DNA of 64,000 nt from Octopus sinensis (Eukaryota): NCBI RefSeq assembly GCF_006345805.1, contig NC_043003.1, positions 94,736,001-94,800,000 of the forward strand, read 5' to 3'. The position numbers and the translations under genes were made by a program. The notes under the pieces are model-generated. The model had not been told where the DNA came from. It did no database searches and saw nothing but the letters and a program-made list of their open reading frames with translations. Shown piece by piece: positions 36,766 to 50,341 of this stretch (the first letter of the stretch is position 1; every line of letters starts with the position of its first letter).

Positions 36766-36904
36766 CATATATTATATATATATTATTATATATTATACAT
36801 ATATATATAATATTAATTCGAGACAAAACCACTATTTTGCAAAACAAACAAGGAAAGACTTAATCAATACATAAAAATTTTTTTTTATATAAAGGAATAA
36901 ACCG

Positions 36905-36947
36905 CCACTACAATCGTTTCATGTCTTCAATGACATTCGTCAGGTGG
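36905..36947 (-). ncRNA. Minimal type I hammerhead ribozyme, core intact
   Basis: CCAC CUGACGA AUGUC auugaa GACAU GAAA C gauu G UA GUGG. All core nucleotides present; GUA triplet; predicted cut between 36909 and 36908. Confidence 0.75.
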
Positions 36948-38576
36948 ATTTTCGATCTAAAATATCAATATATTAAAATATAAGTTTAAAATAATAAAAT
37001 TATCAATGATAAAATATAAATATATATAATCTATATATAATCTATATATAATCTAAAATAAACCCTATAAACAATTGAATATAAAGAAACCTATTATTAA
37101 AGTTCTCATATTTAAAGATGTACAAAAAACAAAAAACAAAAACAAAAAACAAAACAAAAAACAAAAAAAAAAAAAAAACAAAAAACAAAAAAAAAAAACA
37201 AAAAAAAAACAAAAAACAAAAACAAAGACAAAATAAAAATAAACTATATATACACACATGCTCATACACATATAACTAAATATATATAACCATATCTAAA
37301 TACATACACTAACTCACACCAATATATATATCTCTATACATACACATAAAAACGTCTAGGCAACGATAAATGAATAAATTAATAAAATAGCCAAATACTT
37401 CAACACATTACTTATTCATACTCCCTCACACACACATACAACCCACAGTCATAAACAATATACATATACCCGCTCACACATACATATACATACATACAGA
37501 ACTCGATATATACACCAATATATTCACACCCACACCCATACAGATAAATAAATTACGCAAACAATCACACACACACACACACATTCACACATACATAAAC
37601 ACTCAAAAGAAAAATAAACAATTCTTTGCGCGTGGCGATCGAACGTTTTTTTAAAAATTATGAATGGAAAGAATGTAATAATATTTAATCAACGTAAATA
37701 TACAGAATTTACTCCAAAATCATTAATAAACCAATCATGATAATGAAACCCATATATACATATAATGATAAAACACCCTTTACCATACACAATAATACCT
37801 ATATAGCAATCCCCATAATACATTCACACACAAAAATACACATACGTAAAACACACACCCATAACATATACATATACCCCCTCACATATACATATACATA
37901 CGTACTAAACTCGATATATACAACAATATATTCACACCCACACCCATATAGATAAATAAATTACACAACCAAATACGCACACACACACACATTCACACAT
38001 ACATAAACACTCAAAAGAAAAACAACATATCTACACATAATACGATATATAAAATACTCCATAAGTAACCAGATTATCATAAGTAACAAGATTAACATAG
38101 GAGGAAAAAAATACATACATCTCCTAATCTGTTTTAATTTATGAAGTGAATTCAAACTCTAGCCGTTATAACTTTAAACAAAATTACGTTACCATAGAAA
38201 CCGAACATATTTATAAAAATTCTTAGCTCGGTGAACGAACGTCATTTAAAATTATGAATGGAACAGAATGGAATTATAAAATTCTTTGCGCATGGAGAAC
38301 GAACGTTATTTAAAATTATGAATGGAATAAATGGAATAATATGTTAAACACTTAAACAGACAGAAATTATTACAAATTCTTTAATAAAACTACCATGATA
38401 AACGAAAACTCATATATACATATAACGATAAAATCTTTCTTTACTAAACACTATAACATACCTATATAGCAATCCCCCTATCTATACATTCACACACAAA
38501 TACACACATGTAAAACACACACCCACTACATATACATATACCCACTCCACTCACACATACATATACATACGTACAA

Positions 38577-38617
38577 ACCTGACGAATGTCATTGAAGACA
38601 TGAAACGATTGTAGTGG
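38577..38617 (+). ncRNA. Inverted copy of the same hammerhead, stem I truncated
   Basis: Core and stems II/III are identical; the 5' strand of stem I is AAAC instead of CCAC, leaving only 2 bp. Confidence 0.55.
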
Positions 38618-38807
38618 CGGTTTATTTCTTTATATTAAAAAAAATTTTTATGTATTGATTAAGTCTTTCCTTGTTTGTTTTGCAAAATAGTGGTTTTGTC
38701 TCGAATTAATATTATATAATATTTTACTATAAAATTGGATTTAATCCTAAATCTGATTTTTTCCCTGTAAATTTGGATTTATTCCCTAATATTTATTATT
38801 ATACATA

Positions 38808-38857
<50 letters not shown>

Positions 38858-38879
38858 TCATCATCATCATCATCATCAT

Positions 38880-39560
38880 TTAGCGTCCGTTTTCCAAGCT
38901 AGCATGGGTTGGACAGTTCAACTGGGGCCTGTGAAGCCAGAAGGCTGCATCAGGCCGTCTGATCTGGCAGTGTTTCTATGGCTGGATGCCCTCCCTAACG
39001 CCAACCACTCTGCGAGTGTAGTGGGTGCTTTTTAATGCCACCCGCACAGGAGCCAGATGGAGCTGGCAAACGCCACGAACGGATGGTGTTTTTACGTGCC
39101 ACCGGCACGGGGGCCAAGCGAGGCTGGCAATGGACATGAACGGATAGTGCTTTTACGTGCCACCGGCATGGAGGCCAGACGGCCACGAACGGATGGTGCT
39201 TTTTACATGCCACCAGCACGGGGGCCAGGTGAGACTGGCAACGGCCATGAACAGATGGTGCTTTTTACGTGTCACCGGCACGGAGGCCAGTCGGAGCGGC
39301 GCTGGCGACGGCCATGATCGGATGGTTCGCTTACTTGTCACCGGCACTGTATCACAGCCGCAATTTCCATTGATGCTGATCAACTTCGATTTTGGTTCTG
39401 CTTTCTGATATCTGATTTGATTTGGTTTGATTTGATTTTGATTTTGATTTTCACTTGCCTCAACGGGTCTTCACAAGTGGAGTTTTGTGTCCCAAGAAGG
39501 AAAGGTATGTATAAGTCGACTGGCTACATACCAGGTAGAGGCCATGGGTTATGGTCTCAT
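38880..39560 (-). mobile_element. SINE family C with ~5 CpG-rich tandem units and its 5' region
   Basis: (CAT)n tail at 38857-38879 and repeated TTTTACGTGCCACCGGCAC. Confidence 0.85.
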
Positions 39561-39562
39561 AT

Positions 39563-39594
<32 letters not shown>

Positions 39595-39595
39595 C

Positions 39596-39644
<49 letters not shown>

Positions 39645-39657
39645 CATATATATATAC

Positions 39658-39697
<40 letters not shown>

Positions 39698-39715
39698 CTA
39701 TATATATATATATAC

Positions 39716-39765
<50 letters not shown>

Positions 39766-40543
39766 ACCGTATAATATATATATATATATCAGCAAGGAGA
39801 GTGGAGTAAGCAATTCATTTTATTACATAATTCTATTCATCTCATTGAAATGTCAATCCAACAGTTGCAAAGTTATGTAATAAAACAACTTGCTCACTCT
39901 ATCCTGCATGCTAATATTCATATAAATTCTGCAGATATTTATGGATTTTCAGATATCTCATCATATCCATTTCCTTTTTATATTCCTAGCTGACAGCCAT
40001 ACATACATACATACATACATACATACATACATACATACATACATGCATACATACGTACATACATACATACATACATACATACATGCATACACATATATAT
40101 ATGATATGTATATATATATATAAAACATTGTTTCATCCTCATCCTGTTAACATCTACTTTTCCATATTTGCAAGAGTTAGATGGAGATCCTGTCGTGAAC
40201 CCTTAGCTATTTCCATGCAAGGTTATATTTCCCCATCGTCAGAAATGAATGATAGGGCATGTATGACAGTGTAACAGGAACACTAAACACAGTCATATAT
40301 ATACACACACTCACACACACACGCGCGTTTTCACACACACACACACACACAAGTATACACACATGACAAGCTTCTTTCAGTTTCCATACAGCAAGTTTAT
40401 TCACAAGGATTTAGTCAACCCAAGATTACAGTAAAATGCATTTGCCCAATTGAACCCAAAACCTTGTGATTCTAATACAAACTTCTTAACCAAATAGCAA
40501 GCAACACCTGACTATGTATATATATGTGTGTGTGTGTGTGTGT

Positions 40544-40843
40544 GGAGGCACAATGGCCCAGTGATAGGGCAGCAAACTTGCGGTTGGTGGATTGCGGTTT
40601 CGATTCCCAGACCGGGCATTGTGAGTGTTTATTGAACAAAAACACCTAAAGCTCCATGAGGCTCCGGCAGGGGGTGGTGGCAATCCCTGCTGTACTCTTT
40701 CACCACAACTTACTCTCACTCTTTCTTCTGTTGGCCTGCTCGCTTAGCCAGCGGGGTGGCGTCATTCGAAGGCTAAAACAATGCTAAGCGCATTGTGACC
40801 AGCGATGTGTAGCAACATCTGATAGCCTAGTTGGTCATGGTGA
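40544..40843 (+). mobile_element. tRNA-derived SINE (family D)
   Basis: GGAGGCACAATGGCCCAGTG (A-box-like) and GTTTCGATTCCC (B-box-like); ends in (TA)n. Confidence 0.75.
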
Positions 40844-40867
40844 TATATATATATATATATATACTAC

Positions 40868-41290
40868 TAATATAGGATGAAGTTTTTTATAGAAAAAAAT
40901 TCCATCAAAAAATGTGGCAGCATATTAAAATACCTTTACGGTTAAAATTATAAACAACTTATAAATAAGGGCTAAAGAAAATTATTTCAATGCCAATATA
41001 CTGATAACAGGCTTTTAAATCGTCAATTTCCACATATTATTTACTCGCTACAGAAAAAAACACGAAGAGCTGAAATCAGGGAAAGCCGGCCGATAGAATT
41101 TTAAAACAATTTGATTCAGTTGCATGTGATTTAAAGTTTTCCAGGCCTCTAGCAGAAGCCTGTCTCTTTCAGTCTATAGATTACTGGCTCATCCAGTAAT
41201 CTATAAGCCAGAAAGAAACAGGCTTCTGTTAGAGGCCTGCAAAACTTTAAATCACTTGGAACTGAATCAAATTGTTTAAAATAATACTTG
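40868..41290. mobile_element. Relative of the 6440-6850 insertion, ending in a ~183 bp fold-back hairpin
   Basis: Arms about 41099-41187 and 41193-41281 with loop CTCAT. Confidence 0.65.
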
Positions 41291-41357
41291 TAACTCCTAC
41301 TAAATGTGTTGACTGTTCTTTTCTTTTGTTTGTTCACTCATTCGTGTGTGTATAGGT

Positions 41358-41836
41358 GCATATTCTGAACGCCTTACTTCCCTGGGCATGGACGCATTGA
41401 AACTCCGACGTCTGGCAGCTGACTTGGCAGACACCCATAAAATTATTAACCATCTTACAAACAATAACTCTGAGCACCTTTTCAAACTCCACCCGTCTAA
41501 CACCCGTGGACATATTTACACAGTAAGAAAACAACACAGCTCCCATGACTTTAGGAAACATTTTTTCATGCTGAGAGTTGCTGAAGCATGGAACAAACTG
41601 CCGGCATTAGTTGTTAGTTGTCGGAGCACTGCATCCTTCAAAACTTCCATGCTTTCTGAGATTCGCCAACACTACACCTGATTTTCCCCCCTCCATACAC
41701 ATGCAAGCATGTATCTGACTCATACATTGTTCGCTTTCCAGACATTTGTACATTACTGCATATACTTTATATGCACTTTCTGACAAGTTGTGGTGCACCT
41801 GAGCACTGTATGTAATAATTTCATTATTATTATTAT
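41358..41836 (+). mobile_element. 5'-truncated CR1-type LINE 3' end
   Basis: YSERLTSLGMDALKLRRLAADL..NTRGH..RKHFFMLRVAEAWNKLP..SFK, then a 3' UTR and (ATT)n tail. Confidence 0.9.
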
Positions 41837-42337
41837 AGTTTAGTGGTTTGAGTATTGGACTTGTGATTGTAAGATTATGGTTTCAGTTCCTGAACTGGGT
41901 AATGCGTTGTGTTCTTGAGCAAAACACTTCATTTAATGTTGTTCAGTCCACTCAGTTAGCAAAAGTGAGTAATCCTGTGATGGACTGGTGTCTCATCCAG
42001 GTGGTAATATTTGTATATGCCATGGAAACGGAAATTTGCTAAAATGATGCAAAACAGATTGTGGCCAGTGATTTGTGACAATATCTGATAGTCTAATCAG
42101 TTACATGGTCACATGGATATATGTGTGTATATATATCCATATATATACATATATGTGTATGTATATATATCCATACATATATTCATACATACATTAGCTG
42201 TGGAGACTGGATGGAAACTGACGAACCCAATGTTCAGATACGAGCTGGAGCCGACAATACATACATATATATATCCATACATATATATTCATACATATAT
42301 ATCCATACATATTTCCATGCATATGTATGGGTATATA

Positions 42338-42408
<71 letters not shown>

Positions 42409-42495
42409 GTATAGATATCCATATACATATTAATCCTATGGAATTGAATAAGAAATTATCTTGTTCACTAAAAACGATAATTTCTTCAAGTTTTG

Positions 42496-42719
42496 TCAGC
42501 CTTTTAGCATTTAAACTAGCTGTATGTGGCCCAGATATTCTACCTATTTTGTGATCAAACCAGCCAGATATGACCTCTCACACTTACCCTACAAAGTCAT
42601 TCTAAAAACAATTAAATCATCAAAATCTTAGAACTATGAGATAATGCATTATTAACTCAAAATGATGTGAATAAATAAGCATTATATTTGACAGAGTAAT
42701 CTGAACACTTAAAGGTTAA
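42496..42719 (-). mobile_element. ~230 bp TTAA-flanked MITE (piggyBac-like), copy 1
   Basis: Reverse complement of the copies at 50050 and 56151; consensus ends TTAA CCCTTTAGCATT / AATGCTAAAGGG TTAA. Confidence 0.6.
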
Positions 42720-43439
42720 GAAGCAACTGAAATTACAGTTCTGCAAAAACATATTTTTGCAAAATTCTTAATATTTTCAGGGGGTGGGTTGTACTTTTAC
42801 TGTCTCTCCCATCTCATTTCCATAATTTTCTATTTTCATATTTATGTTTTAAAATTTTAAAATTACAATTCTGTGAAAAAAAAAACAAATTTCAAACTTT
42901 CAAATTTTTTTTCCCTTAAGTTCCCACTTTCCATGTTGTTTTCATATTTTACTTCTTTTAATATTTCTTTATTATTTTTATGGTTTTTCAAACATCTGGG
43001 ATTATGGAAAGAAAAAAAATATGATAGAAAGAGGTCAAGTGGGCAAAAAATTTAAGAGAATTTTAATTGCAGATAATCTGAAAAGCTTTCAGGAAAAAAA
43101 GTCAGAAATTATAAATTACAGAATTCAAGGCAGCGACAGAGACAAAAAACGCAAAAACATTCCTTAAAAAAAAAAGACAAAGAAATTATGACTTTTGGTG
43201 AACAAGATAACTTCATTCTGTATTCTATAGAATTGTGTGTGTATGTGCGTGCTTGCGTGGGTGTGTGTATCTCTTGGAAGTTAACTCATGACTAAGTAAG
43301 GCCACTTCCTAGACTTATTTCACTCTATGAAAATTTTTCGGATTTGGTCTCCTCATTACTGATAATATCTCTTATAGATCCTAAGGTCAACAAAGTGCTT
43401 AGGTAAAGGTTACCTCCTCAAGTCATGCCACCCTCAAAG

Positions 43440-44340
43440 TATGTACAAATCATTCAATACCAACCACAAGTCAGCCCTCAGCATCAGTCCGACCATTTAG
43501 ATGTTGCCACCTACAATATCAAGTGAGTTCTCTGGCTGACTCACACACTCTGCTATATAAGGTACACAAGAGGTTATGCTGGATATTCTATTAGTAGATG
43601 GTAGCTACATCTATGACCACACTTGTAGCTGTCTTTGAAAAGCAGATATGACTACATTGGTCAGATAAAAGAGACTCTTTTGTTCTCTTCTCCGGAAGTG
43701 GGTTCACATCTTCCATATATTTACCAGCATGCTTCAACCCAGTGAATTCTGTAACATCAGTAGCAGTCAAATTCCTTCTGATGCAATATCTTCTCAAGTG
43801 TTAGTATAGTTATTGATCTTTCTAAATGTATTTTTAAGATTGTCTTTGAAATACTTGCTCGACTTGCACTGGGGACACTTTCCTTTCTCCAGTTTACCAG
43901 ACAACACCTGTTTCGGCTTGCAGATATCCTATAAATGGGCAAGATGACCAGACCATATAAGATGGTGTTTTGTAATCATAGACTCAGCACTCATTACTTT
44001 CACAAGCTACAGTACTCTTGTATAAGGTACATGAGATCATTATGTGATCTTCAGGGTATTGCACAAGTATTGCTGGTGGAATCACTGGAGACATTAGATA
44101 TGCTTGCAATGGGTTATCCAGGTCTCACATCCATACAACACTATTAAGACACATGCATGATAGAACTCAATTCTCATTGCTTCTAGGATGTCTGACTGCA
44201 GCAAGAGCCTCAATCCATGTTTTCCAAAGGCAACACAGGCCTTAGAAAGTCTGTAACTGACATATTCATCCTATAATAGATTTAAATAGTGTGTTATCAA
44301 AGCAGAGAAACACATCTACGGTTTTAACATTTAACCCTTT
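43440..44340 (-). mobile_element. Decayed RTE-type LINE 3' region
   Basis: SYRLSKACVAFGK, KQVLSGKLEKGKCPQCKSSKYFKDNLK, EDIAS, HQRTH; many stops. Confidence 0.7.
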
Positions 44341-44661
44341 GCATACATTAATGTTAGGATATAGGGTATGCCTGATACTGGCCGTAGTATGACTATAGTC
44401 TTCTTATAGTCTTCATGCACTCAGCAGAAAAGCAGCCCCACAGGAGCTGCAGGTATTCCTCAGATTCTCAGAGATCACACTCACCAGTATAAAAGAGATC
44501 ACAAATGTATGTATGTATGTATGTATGTATGTATGTATGTATGTATGTATGTATGTATGTGCATGCATGTGTGCATGTATGTATGTATAAAATGAACTTC
44601 CATGCAGTTTCTATTTTCCAAATTTCACTGACAAACCATTAGTTAACTTGAGACTCAAGAA

Positions 44662-45008
44662 CAGTGGTTCTCAGCTGGGGTCCATATGGCCCCTGAGTGC
44701 CCAATAACATTTTGTGGTGTCCACATAACAAAATAATAAATTGGGAATCCACAATAGTATTTTAGGGTCCCTGAAAACAATTTTACTTTAGATGTATGTA
44801 TTGGTTTGTATTGCAAGAAACAACTAGATTTCTTTCTCTAATATTTTACATGGTTCAGCCCAGACAAATTAATGTGTGAAAAACAAAATAGGACTTTTGA
44901 AAGAAGTCTCTATAAAACTAGCTTTAAACACTGAATGGCTATGGATGTCCACCGGAATAAAATAGCAATCAAAGGGGTCCATAGGGGGAAAATGATTGAG
45001 AACTCTTG
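44662..45008. mobile_element. hAT-Charlie-type MITE
   Basis: TIR CAGTGGTTCTCA / TGAGAACTCTTG; 8-bp flanks CTCAAGAA and CTCTAGAA match the NTCTAGAN target consensus. Confidence 0.75.
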
Positions 45009-45238
45009 CTCTAGAAGGAGACACTTGGTGGAGATGCTAGACAGTAGAATTAAATGTTGAACTAGTGTTTGTGAAGTGGGATTCTTATCCACACTGACAA
45101 ATATATATAAAATTAGTGCCAAAGCACTATAAAAGATCTATCTATTGGATTTAAAAGCTTGGTTGTTTAAGTTGTCATTAAAATTCAATATATTATTACT
45201 TCAATGCACTATCTATAATAAGAATGATTTTATATAGC

Positions 45239-45602
45239 ACTAGCACTATGACCCGGCAACGCCAGGTCATAGTGCTAGTGCATGAATATACAGCTGTGTG
45301 CGTGCGCACATACACGCGAGTACTGTCCGAATCTCTGACCAATCACATACAGCTATCTGGCATTCAATTGGCATATCAAGTTTCGGGCATTTTGATTGGG
45401 TTTTGGATAGAAAATTCACAAAAAAAGTCATTTCTATCGATTTTTTAATGGCTTTGCAGAGTGACTGTTGAAATGTAAAGATGTGCACAACCACCCTTGG
45501 ATGGTTTTGAATGACCATAGAAAGTGCGAGCCCTCTAACTGAAAAATTATGGATTTGTATAAAGGACATGCACACAGACATTTTGCCGTTTATATATAGA
45601 GT
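45239..45602 (+). mobile_element. Helitron/Helentron-type non-autonomous element
   Basis: 5' perfect 15-bp hairpin ACTAGCACTATGACC..GGTCATAGTGCTAGT; ends TTTATATATAGAG. Confidence 0.55.
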
Positions 45603-45840
45603 GATTAGACTGGCTCAAATGGATGTGCAAGGTTAAATATTTAGAAGAATAGAAAGCAAAGTTCTCACTGATATTTCAAAATTTTGTAATGAATTTCCAC
45701 AACTGTTTCTACAACTAAAATACAAAGGCAATCATCCATATAATCATAGCATAATCAATATATAAAAATGTCTATTTAATTAATTTGAATGAGATGAATA
45801 AACCATTTCATCATGAACAAAATATGTATATATAGGTGCA

Positions 45841-46225
45841 GGAGTGGCTGTGTGGTAAGTAGCTTGCTTACCAACCACATGATTCTGGGTTCAGTCCCAC
45901 TGCGTGGCACCTTGGGCAAGTGTCTTCTACTATAGCCTTGGGCCAAACAAAGCCTTGTGAGTGGATTTGGTAGACGGAAACTGTAAGAAGCCCTTCGTAT
46001 ATATGTATGTGTGTGTATATGTTTGTGTGTCTTTGTCCCCCCCAACATCACTTGACAACCGATGCTGGTGTGTTTACGTACCTGTAACTTAGCAGTTCTG
46101 CAAAAGAGACTGATAGATTAAGTACTAGGCTTACAAAGAATAAGTCCAAGAGTTGATTTGCTTGACTAAAGGCGGTGCTCCAGCATGGCCGCAGTCAAAT
46201 AACTGAAACAAGTAAAAGAGTAAAA
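45841..46225 (+). mobile_element. SINE A
   Basis: Full head, core, microsatellite and right arm. Confidence 0.9.
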
Positions 46226-46374
46226 GAGTATATGCATGTGTGTGTGTTTGTGTGTATGTGTGTGTGTGTGTATGTGTGTGTGTTTGTAGATATATATATA
46301 TATACATATATATATTTCGTTTTTGTATTTGACTTGCAAGATTTTTTATGTGAATTTGTGTGTTGAAGCATATT

Positions 46375-46534
46375 TTGTGTCTGGGTAGAGTCATTTAATG
46401 CCTTATTAATTAACACAGTCACCAGTTCAATTTCTGCTCATTTATTTAAATAAATAAATGAATGAGTGGAAATTGAACCGGTGAGTATGTTAATTAATAA
46501 GGTATTCAAACTGAATGACTCTCCCCAGACACAA
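46375..46534. repeat. Imperfect long hairpin (MITE-like)
   Basis: TTGTGTCTGGG..CCTTATTAATTAAC..CACCAGTTCAATTTC pairs with GAAATTGAACCGGTG..GTTAATTAATAAGG..CCCAGACACAA. Confidence 0.65.
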
Positions 46535-46580
46535 CTATATATGCACATACACACTCACATGTATGTAAATGTATGTATGC

Positions 46581-46617
<37 letters not shown>

Positions 46618-46867
46618 CATAAGAAAAATATATGGAAAAATGTCTCATTGTTTCTATAATACATTTTTCTTATTCTATCTTATAAATACTAAGCAGGAAA
46701 AAAGATAAAATAAAGTCATATTATTAAATTACTGAGACAGTAGAATGCAGATGTATGTATTGGATTTAAAGGGATATAAGAATTTATGGAAATTTGTATC
46801 TGATTTTCACTTTTATTTTTCTTATGTTAAATTAATTAAGTGGCGAAGTTCAATAAAAGAAAATGTA

Positions 46868-47130
46868 TGCAGCGCCGCCCCGACTGGCCTCATGCCGGAG
46901 GCACGTAAAAAGCACCATCCGATCGTGGTCGTTTGCCAGCCTCGTCTGGCACCTGTGCCGGTGGCATGTAAAAAGCACCCACTACACTCACGGAGTGGTT
47001 GGCGCTAGGAAGGGCATCCAGCCATAGAAACATTGCCAGATCAGACTTGGGCCTGGTGCAGCCTTCTGGCTTCCCAGACCCCAGTTGAACCATCCAACCC
47101 ATGCTAGCATGGAAAACGGATGCTAAACAA
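46868..47130 (+). mobile_element. SINE family C (2 tandem units)
   Basis: Same unit and tail motifs as other family C copies. Confidence 0.8.
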
Positions 47131-47658
47131 AGATGATGATGATGATGATATTATATCAGAAGATGGTAATTTTGCTGATAAGCATAAGCTCTAGTTATTA
47201 CATCGATCCCAGTACTCAAATGGTACTTATTTCATCGACCCTGAAAGGATGAAAGACAAAGTCAACCTTGGTGGAATTTGAACTAGTATCATAAAGACAG
47301 CTGAAATGCCACTGAGCATTTTGTCCTGGGTCAAACATTTTGTCACTTCTTCAGTGACTTTCTGTTTGTGTCTCCTCTACTTTCTGGTTTTGTCCTGTCT
47401 ATTCCATCTTGTCCTTCAGTGGGATGAACAGGACATGACCAGACACAAGAGAATACACAAAGAACAGATACCCATCGAAGAGGTCACAGAATGTATGATG
47501 AAAGAACTCTGACAAATAAACTAATAATAATAATAAAGTTAAAGTGAAGATCAAATAAATAAGTTCATGTTTTTATTGACAAAATGATCGTTCCTTAATA
47601 ATATCTGTTTCAACACATGATTTCATGTAAAGAACTTTACAAAACAAATACATAAACA

Positions 47659-48653
47659 GGAGTGGCTGTGTGATAAGAAACTTGCTTCACAACCACGTAG
47701 TTCTGGGTTCAGTCCCACTGCATGGCACTTTGGGCAAGTGTCTTCTACTACAGCCTCAGGCCGACCAAAGCCTTGTGAGTAGATTTGGTAAACGGAAACT
47801 AAAAGAAGCCCATCATGTGTGTGTGTGTGTGTGTATTTATGTGTATGTTTTTTTGTTCCCCAACCATCACCTGAAAACCAATGCCGGTGTGTTTATGTCC
47901 CCCATAACTTAACAGTTCAGCAAAAGAGACCAATAGAACAACTACTAGGCTTACAAACAATAAGTCTTGGGTTCGATTTCTTCTAAAAACCCTTTAAGGT
48001 GGTGGTCCAGCATGGCTGGAGTCAAATGACTGAAATAAAAAATAAAAGAATATAAAAATTCTATTACTTTTAACTTGTTTCTTCTTTTTGTACATCTTGT
48101 ATATTTTGTAATTATATTTTGTCACTCTTGTCATCATGTTGTTATATGTTGTAAGTATGTTATGTATTGTAAATATATTGGCATTTATATTACATATGTT
48201 GGTATGTTTGTATACTATGTTACCAATGTTGGTATTTACGTCACTTAAGTATTGTCATGTATGCTGTCATATTGTAATTGTTTTTGTTATAGTTATTCTA
48301 TTCATGTCTGTGTCATCCATTCTTTCAAACACTGTGCCTTGAACAACATTATCCAATATTTACTTTCTTTCTTAAAATGAGAGAGCATGAGTTAAAGACG
48401 ATTTGGTTATTATTTCTAGTAGGTCTAATCATTATGTTGAAGCTCACTATTTTGACTCACAATATATGTATTTCCCTGTATATAAGGCATAGGAGTGGCT
48501 GTGTGGTAAGTAGCTTGCTTACGAACCACATGGTTCAGGGTTCAGTCCCATGCATGGAACCTTGGGCAAGTGTCTTTTACTATAACCTCGGGCCTTCCAA
48601 AGCCTTGTGAGTGATTTTGGTAGATGGAAACTGAAAGAAGCCCGTCACATATA

Positions 48654-48716
<63 letters not shown>

Positions 48717-48940
48717 GTTTGTATATGTGTGTGTATGTGTTTGTCCCCCCAACATCGCTTGACAGCTGATGCTGGTGTGTTTATGTTTACATAACCTAGC
48801 AGTTCGGCAAATGAAACCGATAGAATAAGTACTAGGCTTACAAACAATAAGTCCTGGGGTCGATTTGCTCCATTAAAGGCAGTGCTCCAGCACGGCCACA
48901 GTCAAATGACTGAAACAAGTAAAAGAGTAAAAGAGTAAAG
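47659..48940 (+). mobile_element. Two SINE A copies (47659-48050 and 48492-48940)
   Basis: Family motifs. Confidence 0.85.
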
Positions 48941-49659
48941 AGTATATATTGTCATATCTATCTTCACATTGTAAATTAAACAAATCCACACACTATTATT
49001 TATTCATTTCTCATCCTGGTTACTTATTCACTAATCTCCACAGTGCCACATTCGAGTTAATTTTTTTCAGTATAAGGTTTTACTTTAAATCCAAAATTAT
49101 TCCTTCATTTTCTTACTTACTTTTTTGAATCCTTAACTTTGTTTTTTTTACAAAAATTACAGAAAACTAAGGGGAGAAAGCATGGTAGTTTAAGCCCAAC
49201 AACTGTTTCTGGGGGCTCAGAATTATGTAATAGTTGTAATTTTCATAATTGGCTGATGGAGTGTGCAAAAAGTCTCTAGATTTCACCCGTTGACTGTAAA
49301 TATATATACATATATCCAAATTGAGAGAGTGGAATGGGTAAAATGCAGGCTATACATGTTTCTTAGTTAGCTGATCCTTTGATGTAATAATTACTCAACG
49401 ACAGGTGCTCAAAACTTAATTAATCATTAGGCTGAGATTACTTTAATTAAATGAAGGTTACATTGATGCTTGGAATTTCTGAGTTAACTCACCACAGAAG
49501 TGAACTGAAATGTTCATTGTTTGATAGATTTGGAAACATGTGGGGGTTGGTGCCAGCATTGGCATTCTGCCACAGAATTCTGCTCCAATGTAGTTTCATC
49601 TGACTCATGGAAGCATGCAAAAGTGGACGTTAGAATGAGGATAATGATTATAATGGTGG

Positions 49660-49912
49660 TGGTTGTGGTGGGGAGAGGAAAGGGAGGAGAAGGACAGTGA
49701 GGAGTGGAAGGAGGAGGAGGAGGACAGTGAGGAGGAGGAGGAGGAGGAGGAGGAGAGGAGGAGGAGAAGGAGGAAGAGGAGGCGAAGGAGAAGAGGAGGA
49801 GGAGGAGAAGGAGGAGGAGGAGAAGGGGAGGAAGAGGAGGAGAAGGACAGTGAGGAGGAGGAGGAGGAGGAGGAGGAAGAGGAAGGGGAGGGGAAGGAAG
49901 AGGGAGAGGAGG
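49660..49912. repeat. Polypurine (GAG)n tract with internal repeat GGACAGTGAGGAG x3
   Basis: Directly visible. Confidence 0.9.
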
Positions 49913-50049
49913 ATCACTCTTTTAGATAAAGAATATTACTTAACAACCAACATAATTCCAAAACTGGGTTTGGAGATAATCTTGTTGCACACATCCTTAG
50001 TGATAATACCTGCTAATTCCTTCTTTTGATCGACTATTTATCTAAGATT

Positions 50050-50297
50050 TTAACGCTTTACCATTCAGATTACTCTGTCAAATGTAATGCTTATTTATTC
50101 ACATTTTTCTGAATTAGGATTAGGGTTTTTATTTAATCATGCATTATCTTGTAGCTTTGAAATTCTGATGATGTGACTGTTTATTTTTAGAATGACAGGT
50201 TAGGGGTAGGTGTGAGAGGTCTGATCTAGCTGGATTGAACATAAAACAGGCAGAATATTTGGGCTGGATATGGTCAGTTTAAATTCTAAAGGGTTAA
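50050..50297 (+). mobile_element. TTAA-flanked MITE, copy 2
   Basis: TTAA at 50050-53 and 50294-97. Confidence 0.65.
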
Positions 50298-50341
50298 CCA
50301 GTCTCAGCTATTAACATCATCATCATCATCATCATCATCAT

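Larger units (their letters stand above)
36804..38718 (-). mobile_element. Penelope-like-derived element with a ~142 bp inverted terminal copy and internal direct repeats
   Basis: 36804-36945 is the reverse complement of 38577-38718 with about 2-3 differences. Internal duplications 37480-37615/37895-38020 and 37650-37905/38305-38575. Both flanks are (TA)n. Confidence 0.75.

Noticed and set aside
42195-42262. CpG-containing island with CTGACGA inside a microsatellite
   Set aside because: No GAAA after a paired stem II, so a hammerhead cannot be built.
49648-50029. Glu/Arg/Gly-rich ORFs and a possible triplex-forming tract
   Set aside because: Ordinary polypurine microsatellite; nothing distinguishes it from background in this genome.
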